Below, piece by piece: positions 41,679-51,767 of a stretch of DNA of 64,000 bases (its first letter is position 1; each line of letters starts with the position of its first letter). A program made the translations under genes and the position numbers. The notes under the pieces are model-generated. The model made no database searches. It was not told the DNA's origin and saw only the letters and a list, made by a program, of their open reading frames with translations. This stretch comes from an uncultured Chitinophagaceae bacterium. GTDB lineage: Bacteria; Bacteroidota; Bacteroidia; Chitinophagales; Chitinophagaceae. The stretch spans positions 59,033-123,032 of the forward strand of contig CAWDCB010000018.1 in assembly GCA_963800635.1 (NCBI GenBank). The letters are read 5' to 3'.

Positions 41679-44600
41679 TCCCAGCGGGGTTTTCATTTCC
41701 ATTTTAATCTTCAAACCATTAATAAGGGCCGGAAATGAAACCCCGATGCCTGAACATTCTTCAAATTAAAGATATCCTTTCTTACATCGTGATAGGTCTG
41801 TAAAATTTAAACACTCCGATGTTTTCTCCATGGCTATGTTTTTCAAACCTCAGCCTTATAAGGATTTCTGATTAGGCTTGCTATAATTGCAGATTTATGC
41901 ACGCATCGGGGTTTCACAGAAGCGTATTATAGTCGAAGTGTTATGCTGTGAAAACCCCGATGGGAACTAAAAGTATTTTATAAAGATGCCATAGTTTCCC
42001 GGCGAAGTTTTCATTTCCCTTTTAATCCTCAAACCATTAATAAGGGCCGGAAATGAAACCCCGATGCCGGAACATTCTTCAAATTAAAGATATCTTTTCT
42101 TACATCGTGATAGGTCTGTAAAATTTAAACACTCCGATGTTTTTTTCATGGCTATGTTTTTCACCCTCAGCATTATTAGGATTTATGGTTAGGCTTGCTA
42201 TAATTGCAGATTTATGCACGCATCGGGGTTTCACAGAAGCGTATTATGGTCGAAGTGTTATGCTGTGAAAACCCCGATGGGAACTAAAAGTATTTTATAA
42301 AGATGCCATAGTTTCCCGGCGAAGTTTTCATTTCCCTTTTAATCCTCAAACCATTAATAAGGGCCGGAAATGAAACCCCGATGCCTGAACATTCTTTTCT
42401 TACATCGTGATATGTCTGTAAAATTTAACACTCCGATGTTTTCTTCATGGCTACCTTTTTCACCCTCAGCATTATAAGGATTTATGATTAGGCTTGCTAT
42501 AATTGCAGATTTATGCACGCATCGGGGTTTCACAGAAGCGTATTATGGTCGAAGTGTTATGCTGTGAAAACCCCGATGGGAACTAAAAGTATTTTATAAA
42601 GATGCCATAGTTTCCCGGCGAAGTTTTCATTTCCCTTTTAATCCTCAAACCATTAATAAGGGCCGGAAATGAAACCCCGATGCCTGAACATTCTTTTCTT
42701 ACATCGTGATATGTCTGTAAAATTTAAACACTCCGATGTTTTCTTCATGGCTACCTTTTTCACCCTCAGCATTATAAGGATTTATGATTAGGCTTGCTAT
42801 AATTGCAGATTTATGCACGCATCGGGGTTTCACAGAAGCGTATTATAGTCGAAGTGTTATGCTGTGAAAACCCCGATGGGGAACTAAAAGTAATTTTATA
42901 AAGATGCCATAGTTTCCCAGCGGGGTTTTCATTTCCCTTTTAATCCTCAAACAATTAATAAGGGCCGGAAATGAAACCCCGATGTCTGAACATTCTTCAA
43001 ATTAAAGATATCCTTTTCTTACATCGTGATAGGTCTGTAAAATTTAAACACTCCGATGTTTTCTCCATGGCTATGTTTTTCAAACCTCAGCCTTATAAGG
43101 ATTTATGATTAGGCTTGCTATAATTGCAGATTTATGCACGCATCGGGGTTTCACAGAACCTTATTATAGTCGAAGTGTTATGCTGTGAAAGCCCCGATGG
43201 GGAACTAAAAGTAATTTTATAAAGATGCCATAGTTTCCCAGCGGGGTTTTCATTTCCCTTTTAATCCTCAAACCATTAATAAGGGCCGGAAATGAAACCC
43301 CGATGCCTGAACATTCTTCAAATTAAAGATATCCTTTTCTTACATCGTGATAGGTCTGTAAAATTTAAACACTCCGATGTTTTCTCCATGGCTATGTTTT
43401 TCAAACCTCAGCCTTATAAGGATTTATGATTAGGCTTGCTATAATTGCAGATTTATGCACGCATCGGGGTTTCACAGAAGCGTATTATAGTCGAAGTGTT
43501 ATGCTGTGAAAACCCCGATGGGAACTAAAAGTATTTTATAAAGATGCCATAGTTTCCCGGCGAAGTTTTCATTTCCATTTTAATCTTCAAACCATTAATA
43601 AGGGCCGGAAATGAAACCCCGATGCCTGAACATTCTTCAAATTAAAGATATCCTTTTCTTACATCGTGATAGGTCTGTAAAATTTAAAAGACGCCGATGT
43701 TTTCTCATGGCTACCTTTTTCACCCTCAGCATTATAAGGATTTATGATTAGGCTTGCTATAATTGCAGATTTATGCACGCATCGGGGTTTCACAGAAGCG
43801 TATTATGGTCGAAGTGTTATGCTGTGAAAACCGCGATGGGAACTAAAAGTAATTTTATAAAGATGCCATAGTTTCCCAGCGGGGTTTTCATTTCCCTTTT
43901 AATCCTCAAACCATTAATAATGGCCGGAAATGAAACCCCGATGCCTGAACATTCTTCAAATTAAAGACATCCCTTTCTTACATCGTGATAGGTCTGTAAA
44001 ATTTAAACACTCCTATTTTTTCCCCATGGCTATGTTTTCAAACCTCAGCCTTATAAGGATTTCTGATTAGGCTTGCTATAATTGCAGATTTATGCACGCA
44101 TCGGGGTTTCACAGAACCTTATTATAGTCGAAGTGTTATGCTGTGAAAACCCGATGGGAACTAAAAGTAATTTTTTAAGATGCCATAGTTTCCCAGCGGG
44201 GTTTTCATTTCCATTTTAATCCCAAAACCGTTAATAAGCACCCGGAAATGAAACCCCGATGCCTGAACATTCTTCAAATTAAAGATATCCTTTTCTTACA
44301 TCGTGATAGGTCTGTAAAATTTAAAAGACGCCGATGTTTTCTCATGGCTATGTTTTTCACCCTCAGCATTATAAGGATTTATGATTAGGCTTGCTATAAT
44401 TGCAGACTTATGCACGCATCGGGGTTTCACAGAACCTTATTATAGTCGAAGTGTTATGCTGTGAAAACCCCGATGGGAACTAAAAGTATTTTATAAAGAT
44501 GCCATAGTTTCCCAGCGGGGTTTTCATTTCCATTTTAATCTTCAAACCATTAATAAGGGCCGGAAATGAAACCCCGATGCCTGAACATTCTTCAACTTAA

Positions 44601-44795
44601 AGATATCCTTTCTTACATCGTGATAGGTCTGTAAAATTTAAACACTCCGATGTTTTCTCATGGCTATGTTTTTCACACCTCAGCATTATAAGGATTTATG
44701 ATTAGGCTCATTATAATTGAAAGTTTATACCCGCATCGGGATTTCATAGAAACTTAGTATGGTCGAAGTGTTATGCTGTGAAAACCCCGATGGGA
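41679..44795. repeat. Tandem array of ten ~318-bp palindrome-rich units (REP/BIME- or MITE-like)
   Basis: Unit starts 41679, 41997, 42314, 42613, 42915, 43236, 43555, 43874, 44191, 44510; cores bounded by TCCCAGCGGGGTTTTCA (or variant TCCCGGCGAAGTTTTCA) and TGAAAACCCCGATGGGA. Confidence 0.97.
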
Positions 44796-44857
44796 TGTAG
44801 AATTATTATTAGCCATGTGCTAATTAGCTAATCTGGAAGCAATTGATCTTTTATGAA

Positions 44858-44888
44858 AAAAAGCGACAATTAAACAACTGTCGCTTTT
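44858..44888 (-). terminator. Terminator of ssb (potentially bidirectional)
   Basis: AAAAGCGACA..TGTCGCTTTT. Confidence 0.8.
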
Positions 44889-44907
44889 AAAATAAATATT
44901 TTTAAAA

Positions 44908-45371
44908 TTAAAATGGAAGGTCATCAGCCGCTTCTTCCACTTCGGCTGTAACTGATGAGTTCGAATTAGAATTTGAATTAAAACCTGAATTTGAATTTGA
45001 ATTTGCAGACGATGAGAAGGAACCGGAAGTATTCGAATTACCCTGGCTACCATCAGTATTTCCCCCTAACAATTGCAGATCTCTTACCCGCAATCTTAAT
45101 GTAGCAGCAGGCAGATTTTCTTTATTGCTATAAGCTTCTACCTCCGGAGAACCTTCAACAAATACCAGCTTGCCTTTCTTTAAGTATTGAGCAAGTGCTG
45201 TCCTGTCGGTCCAATAGGCACAATTTACCCAGATGGTTTTCTCTTTCGTATTTCCCTGGGCATCCTTGAATTTCTCAGTGTGCGCCACATTGAAATTAAT
45301 TACTTTTTTACCGTTTACTTCTTTTTGTATACAATCTGCCCGAGGTTGCCTACAATTTGTAATTTAATCAT
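44908..45371 (-). CDS. ssb: Single-stranded DNA-binding protein (indel near 5' end)
   Basis: MIKLQIVGNLG start; YLKKGKLVFVEG; S/N-rich linker; acidic tail DDLPF. Confidence 0.95.
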
Positions 45372-45460
45372 GACTGTGTTTTTAAATTGTGAATCGATGT
45401 ATCTGAACGGCCGCATTCTAATGGTAAGAATGAAGCGAAAACTTATGAGTAATTACAAAC

Positions 45461-46217
45461 CTAATTCATTTTCTTTTTCAATGAGCTTACCTGGTCCTGA
45501 ATGTTATTAACAAGATTTACCAATGAATCAACATCCCATCTTTGCTGCTGTGTTACTTTATTTATGGCTACCTGCGCCTGCCATATTTCAAGCACATCCG
45601 CAGTATTTACCTGGTAAGGCTGGTAAGCAGGATTATCGCTGACAAGCGTAAGTTTGTTTTTATTTTTATTGCTTTTAATTACGCGTTTATAAACAATACC
45701 TTCGCTTTTGCTGACTACTATATATGCGGCATTGTTTTTTACATTATCAATGTTTTCAATTTTTTCTCCAACAATAATACTTCCACTCGGAGTAGGCATC
45801 ATACTATCCCCAATAATTTCAAAAGCCCGATAGCTACCGCCGGATAAGCATGGGTAATGTAAATGTATTGAGCTCATCAATGAATTCAGCATCCGCATAA
45901 CCGGCAAGATAGCCGGCAGCAGCTTTTACCGGAACAAAATGAATGATATTCCTGTCAGCACTCATCATTTTAAGCTGCCGCCTTTTTGCGAGATAGCTTG
46001 AACCTTTGGCTACACTGAGATCGTGAAGCAGCAATTCATCAAGAGTGACTTTAAATATGTCACCGACAATTTCAAGAACATCTGTTCGTGGTTCGGCTCT
46101 TTCTTCTTCATACGCTCCAATCAAAGAGCGTTTAATGCCTAATTTGGAAGCAAACTCTTCCTGTGTCCATCCGCGAAGCTTACGCAAATATTTTAAATTT
46201 TGACCGGCTATTGCCAT
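45461..46217 (-). CDS. XRE-HTH + S24 peptidase repressor, probable non-canonical Bacteroidota LexA (indel near 45850)
   Basis: HTH TQEEFASKLGIKRSLIGAYEE; AAGY cleavage-type site; GDSM catalytic Ser; VYKR catalytic Lys. Confidence 0.88.
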
Positions 46218-46224
46218 AGCTAAA

Positions 46225-46259
46225 CTAATTAATTTAGACAAAAATACTAATTATTTTAG
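46225..46259. promoter_or_regulatory. Two CTAA-N5-TTAG operators flanking a TATTTTTG -7 element
   Basis: CTAAttaatTTAG 46225-46237; CTAAttattTTAG 46247-46259; minus-strand TATTTTTG at 46246-46239. Confidence 0.82.
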
Positions 46260-46405
46260 TTTAACCAAATTATTTTTAAAATGTTTTTATTTACTCATAA
46301 AATATCAAAGACAAAACATTATAAATAATTGGATGATCTCAGGCATACATCTTAATGGTTATTACTCCCGGCCAGTGAAATGTTATAATAATTTACAAGG
46401 GCACT

Positions 46406-46903
46406 TCAAAACGCATTGCTGATAAAGAAAACAACACCCACCAGCGAAATTAAAATGCCGAAATACCATAACCATCGCCTGCCGGTTAAGATTGAAATGG
46501 CTGATATTGCAATGGCAATCTGAAACATAGTTACTGAACGCGCAAGTATAATATGGCGCGCGAGGTACTCCTGCGATTCCTTTTGAAAATCTTCAGCAAC
46601 TTCTTTAATTGACTTTTGCTCAGTTTTATACTTTTCTATTAACACCGTGTCTTTCGAAGGGGCGAAAGCCGCTATCTCGGCCTTTATCCCTTTTGCCTGG
46701 TAGTAGGCCCATTGGTCGGAAGCTTTTATTTGCTCTATAAGCGCTTCGTTAGAATAGTGGCCGGCCATAAGCCCCGTTACCGCAGCCAATACGGCCATGA
46801 ATGCTGTAGAAATAGCAAGGTATAATGACCATCTTTTGCCTTCTTTCGCATGCTCATTAATTTCTTCATGCAGGTGTTCCGTGGGCACTTCGATATCTTC
46901 CAT
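46406..46903 (-). CDS. DUF4337-like membrane protein
   Basis: ASDQWAYYQAKGIK, FQIAIAISAI. Confidence 0.8.
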   Translation of the reverse strand: MEDIEVPTEHLHEEINEHAKEGKRWSLYLAISTAFMAVLAAVTGLMAGHYSNEALIEQIKASDQWAYYQAKGIKAEIAAFAPSKDTVLIEKYKTEQKSIKEVAEDFQKESQEYLARHIILARSVTMFQIAIAISAISILTGRRWLWYFGILISLVGVVFFISNAF

Positions 46904-47145
46904 TTCAAAAAAATTTATTTAAAGATAATTTATAAAAGAGACAACTCTCAGCATCTGCTGAACGTAAAATCGGGAGCCTGAAAGTTATTATTGCATTGTT
47001 AGTAAGAACCCTTTTTAAAGTAACCTACGCTATTGTTATTTTTCCGATCCAGCCGGCAACATTAGTATGAATAAAAATCATTCGATCCTCCTTAGCAGTT
47101 TAATAACTTCGCTACTTTTTTAAAGACAAAAATTTACATTTGATC

Positions 47146-47922
47146 ATGAATACAAATACATCAGCAAGACGCAGTTTTATAAAAATTTCTGCTATGAGCC
47201 TGGGCGGTCTGGCGCTAAGCCCTATTGCCGGCGAATCAACTAAAGCTTCAAAGGCGGCTGATAAGAAATTACATATTGTTTGCGCAGGTGCGCACCCGGG
47301 AGACCCGGAATTCGGCTGCGGCGGAACAATGGCAAAGTATAGTGATGCAGGGCACAGGGTAACTTTTTTATACCTTACAAGGGGCGAAGCAAGTGATCCT
47401 GGTAAGTCATACGAAGAAATGGCCACATTGCGTACGAAAGAGGCGGAAGTCGCGTGTAAGGTGCTGAATGCAATTCCAAAATTTGCAGGCCAGATTGATG
47501 GAAATACTGTATTGGATAAAAAAAACAACGAGGATATCACAAAACTAATATTAGAAGAAAAACCCGACCTGGTATTTACACAATGGCCGGTGGATGCACA
47601 TCCGGACCACCAGGTTACGGGCTTACTGCTGTTAACGGCGTGGATAAAATCGGGGCGGCAATTTCATCTCTATTTTTATGAAGTAAATACCGGCGTTGAA
47701 ACCATGGCTTTTACACCTACCGATTACGTGGATATTACTGCTATACAGGAAAGGAAAAAACAAGCAATGTTTGCCCATAAAACTCAAAACCCAATAGAAA
47801 CCTATAACAATTTTTTTAAACCGTTAGAAGAATTCAGGGGCCTTGAAGCAGGTGTAAAAGCAGCCGAAGGTTTTATTCATTTTAAAGCCCGCGGAGAGAG
47901 GGCAAACATTATAGGCTTATGA
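47146..47922 (+). CDS. PIG-L/LmbE family deacetylase with Tat signal
   Basis: SARRSFIK; AHPGDPE, LTRGE, HPDH. Confidence 0.88.
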   Translation: MNTNTSARRSFIKISAMSLGGLALSPIAGESTKASKAADKKLHIVCAGAHPGDPEFGCGGTMAKYSDAGHRVTFLYLTRGEASDPGKSYEEMATLRTKEAEVACKVLNAIPKFAGQIDGNTVLDKKNNEDITKLILEEKPDLVFTQWPVDAHPDHQVTGLLLLTAWIKSGRQFHLYFYEVNTGVETMAFTPTDYVDITAIQERKKQAMFAHKTQNPIETYNNFFKPLEEFRGLEAGVKAAEGFIHFKARGERANIIGL

Positions 47923-47970
47923 GTTCTGCAGCTATCTATATCAACGTTCAACTATCGCTTCAGATAATAC

Positions 47971-48711
47971 TCAGGGTGTAACGGTGCAATAAAACACCAC
48001 GTCATTAAAGTCGTTATCACAGGAAGGCCTTGTGCGGTCAGTATCTTCAAAGCCAATCAATACTTTATTTTCAGGAACGTAATTTATCAGAACTGCATGC
48101 CTTTTAAGATTGGGATCAATTTCAGGATTTAAAGTATCGTTTGAACAGAAGTGTACTACATTACTATCAAGCTTTGCGGAAGTAGTATTCCAGGCACTTT
48201 GTAACAGGACGAAACCAACAGAAGTACCCGCATTAAATCTTCCAAGTTTTACCTTATCTCCCGGTTGTAATGGCGTATAATTTCCGGCGTTAGGAAATGC
48301 ATAAGTAATTGTTGTTATGTCTTTAGTGCTTGCGGGTGGCTGATTCGTAGGATAAGTATAAAAAGCAATTGAATTCGTAAAGCCACTGCCTTGCGAAACA
48401 AAAGTCATATATATATCTGACGGCGTGGTAACTTTAATATCCGCAATCGCTGCGCTTTCTAACAATTCCGGATGGGTAGTTCTCAAATCAACCCCATTAC
48501 TTAGCATGCTATTAATAAAGGAAAGCAAGTTTGCCGAAATTGTATCTTTAGGTAATAAATAATCTGGTTTCCCCGACGAATCATAACCACCTAAAGTTTG
48601 GTAAGTTGTCGACCCAAATTTAACAACTCTTGTTACGGGCGTATCGTGCTTTTTGCAAGCGTAAAACAGCATTAAAAAAATCAACAGGCTTGTAGATTTT
48701 ATCACTTTCAT
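47971..48711 (-). CDS. DUF4114-like lipoprotein
   Basis: Lipobox FYAC; IGFED..DNDFNDVVF. Confidence 0.78.
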   Translation of the reverse strand: MKVIKSTSLLIFLMLFYACKKHDTPVTRVVKFGSTTYQTLGGYDSSGKPDYLLPKDTISANLLSFINSMLSNGVDLRTTHPELLESAAIADIKVTTPSDIYMTFVSQGSGFTNSIAFYTYPTNQPPASTKDITTITYAFPNAGNYTPLQPGDKVKLGRFNAGTSVGFVLLQSAWNTTSAKLDSNVVHFCSNDTLNPEIDPNLKRHAVLINYVPENKVLIGFEDTDRTRPSCDNDFNDVVFYCTVTP

Positions 48712-49450
48712 AAGGCATTTAACAGGAAATAGATTAAAAATGAGTAAGATAAAACAATATGTAATGAATTAAATATTCCTGTTATATGCTATAGATTCAA
48801 AAACTTTGCCACAAGTTGCATTGTTTGCATAGTGATTCGCAATTATTTTTTCACATTTCATCGTACGAAAACATGTCCTTAAAATTAAATTTTTTAATCA
48901 TTAGGATACAATTAAAAAAAATATTTAATATCAAAGCGGCGATGTAGTCATCACTTATGCTTGTCGTCCCCACCTGTGCAATTTTTTTCTCAAATTTTTA
49001 ACACACAGGAGCTTATTGCCACAGTGAAGCTGCCGGTTACTGCAAGTAAAAGTTATGATATAATTAAATCGTTGGAAAGTGTTTATGAATGCTGATGGCA
49101 AAGAGAAAACGATTACCGGAACTTTCATTAATTCTTTTCCAATTGCATGCATTCGCGTAGCCGATTTCGTAGTAGCAAAAATCGCTATCTGCAAACTTTA
49201 TTATCACAACTCCCAATGACGTTGATACACCGTAGAAATTTATTAAGCAAAACAAATTGCCCGAATATTTGCTTTGGTTGCTTATGCAAAAAATTGGTTG
49301 GGCTGTCTTGAATTAGATTTTTTTGCTAAATGAGAGTTTGCCGGAATTAATAAATTAAAGTCGCGAGCGAAAAAATTATCCTGCCGCTTTCTTTTACCAT
49401 TGAATGTTTCTTTTTTGTTTTTTCCTGGTAAGAAAAAATCCTGTACTTAC

Positions 49451-51428
49451 CTATTTATTTACTCTTTTCCATTCATTATTCGTTCTATTTGTATCAGGTA
49501 ATACATTGCCAGGATCAAGTAACACTTTATCAATTGTAACATTTGAAGGATATTTAAAAGTCCAGGTGCCGCCACGTTGCCATACTTCTACAGGTAATTG
49601 CATCGTACTGTCCTTGCCGTTAGTTTGAATAACTTTAACGATAGCCGGCAAGATCATTTTGCCTTTGTTAGTGATGGTGATCAATGAGCCTTTTGTGGGA
49701 TCATTATCAATATAACTAACAGACTCAACCGACTGGTCGAATTTCCAGGTGGTGAAAAACCATTCTTTCCAGAACCAGTTCAAATCTTCACCCGCTGCAT
49801 TGTTGATGCATTTAAAAAAATCGTAAGGCGTAGGATGTTTGAAAGCCCATGCTTCCGTATATTTCCTGAATGCATAGTCAAACCGCTCTTTGCCCACCAC
49901 AATGGTACGCAGCAGGTTGAGGCCGTAAGCCGTTTTTCCGTAAAACTGATAGTGCTGTTCCTCATCCATTGCATCGGATACTGTCATTAACGGGTCTTTG
50001 TAATACATGAACTTGTTATAATCACGGGAGGCAAAAAAGCCCGCTTCAAAATAAGCGGGGTCATTTACATATTCACCCTTGTTAAAAAGATCTGTCGCGA
50101 TATAATTTATATAAGTATTAAATCCTTCGTCCTGCCACATATATTTTCTTTCATTGTTACCTACGATCATAGGATACCAGTTATGGCCTATTTCATGCGC
50201 TATCAAAAACCATAAACGGGCTTTGGTTTCTGTATAGTTATTAAAAATCATACCTGGGTATTCCATTCCACCAGTGATGCCCCCGCTACTCACCGCATTG
50301 TTCCATGGATACTCGAAAAAATTTTTCGAATATATTTCTATACTGGCTTTCAGGTATTCCGTTGATCTCGTCCAGGCAGTATCTCCCACGCTTTCGACCG
50401 GGTAAGCCGACATTGCAAGCGCTTTACGGCCGGAGGGCAAATTAATTTTTGCCGCGTCCCATACCATTCCTTTCCCGGCAGCCCAAGCAACGTCCCTCGT
50501 ATGTTTCATAATAAAATGCCAGGTAAGATTTCCGCCGGCTGCAGGGCGCATAGAAGCTTTCATCGCTTCGCCGGCGCCAATTATGGTTACTGTTTTATCA
50601 CTGCCTGCTGCTACGGCAAGCCGTTTTATTTCTTCACCGGTTAATACAGTTGCCGGATTTTGCAAATCGCCGGAACCATATACGATCATCTCTGCCGGTA
50701 CTGTAATGTAATAATCATAATCACCATAATCGCAATAAAATTCGCCAAGCCCCATATAAGGCAAGGTGTTCCAGCCCTCCACATCATCATATACGCACAT
50801 GCGCGGATACCATTGTCCTATTTGATATACAACGCCGTTCCTGGTATACTGCCTTCCAAAGCGGCCTGCTCCATCGAGCGGAATGATGAAGCTGAAATTT
50901 ATTTTCAGAGAAATTTTATCGCCTTTCGGTAACATGGGCTTAGGCAAGCGAACCTGCATTCTTGTATCTGTAATGAGCGGGGCCGTCGTATAAGATTTTC
51001 CGCCCTGCGTGATTATTACGTCTTTAATGTGATAACCTCCGTTGACCTTTCCAAGTACACTGAAATAATCTCCACGGTATCGTGTTGCTGCAACCGATCT
51101 TGATGACGGATCAAAAATATTTTGGTCCAGTTGAAGCCATAAATACTCAAGCTGGTCCGGACTGTTATTGGTATAGGAAATGGTTACATCTCCTGTTACC
51201 GATAGTATCCTTTTCATTTAAAGTAGCATGTATAAGATAGCTGGCACTGTTTTGCCAATACAAAGGCCCGGGTATCCCTTTAGCTGAACGAAAAGCATTC
51301 CCTGCCGGTGGATTAAAAGTTTCCGCAAACAAATTGTGGGCATTATATACTGTATCGTCAATTTTATTCTGCGCTTGCAAATAATAAATAGATAAGAATT
51401 GAATGCAGAGTATCGGTATTTTATTCAT
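49451..51428 (-). CDS. M1 family metallo-aminopeptidase (indel near 51200)
   Basis: GGMEYP, HEIGHNW..DEG, YWQNSASY. Confidence 0.92.
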
Positions 51429-51767
51429 GACGTGACTTTTTGCTTTATCTATGATTGAAATGATTGGACAAATCTAATAGCTCTTTTTTATGTTCACTAA
51501 TGTCAACGCTTTTAAATTATATTGATGGCTGTTGCTGTAAGCGCGGTCTTTCCAATTTAATAAAAATTTACAATCATTTCATACTGGCTGTCTTACTTTT
51601 ATCTGCGATTTAAATCCCGTATATGCTTTTGTATCTTTTGAAGTATGCGTTAATTTTGAGTTTTACCAGGGTTTTGTTTAAAGAAAATGAAATAAATAAA
51701 CGCTAACGAAAAAACTTATACTCACTAAAGAACCCAGGCAAATTATTTCGCTATAAATAAATTTACT

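Noticed and set aside
41679-44795. Array as a CRISPR array
   Set aside because: The repeat is ~280 bp, the linkers are near-identical rather than unique spacers, and no cas genes are in the window.
41679-44795. Array as tRNA/rRNA repeats, integron attC cassettes or a coding VNTR
   Set aside because: No cloverleaf or rRNA similarity was recognised, there are no variable cassettes or integrase, and no long ORF runs through the units.
44960-45010. GAATTT-like hexamer repeats
   Set aside because: They encode the ordinary Ser/Asn-rich disordered linker of SSB.
48955-49255. Short overlapping ORFs in the AT-rich gap (also 56301-56888, 57438-57701, 62192-62428)
   Set aside because: No family motifs; they are antisense to real genes or likely spurious.
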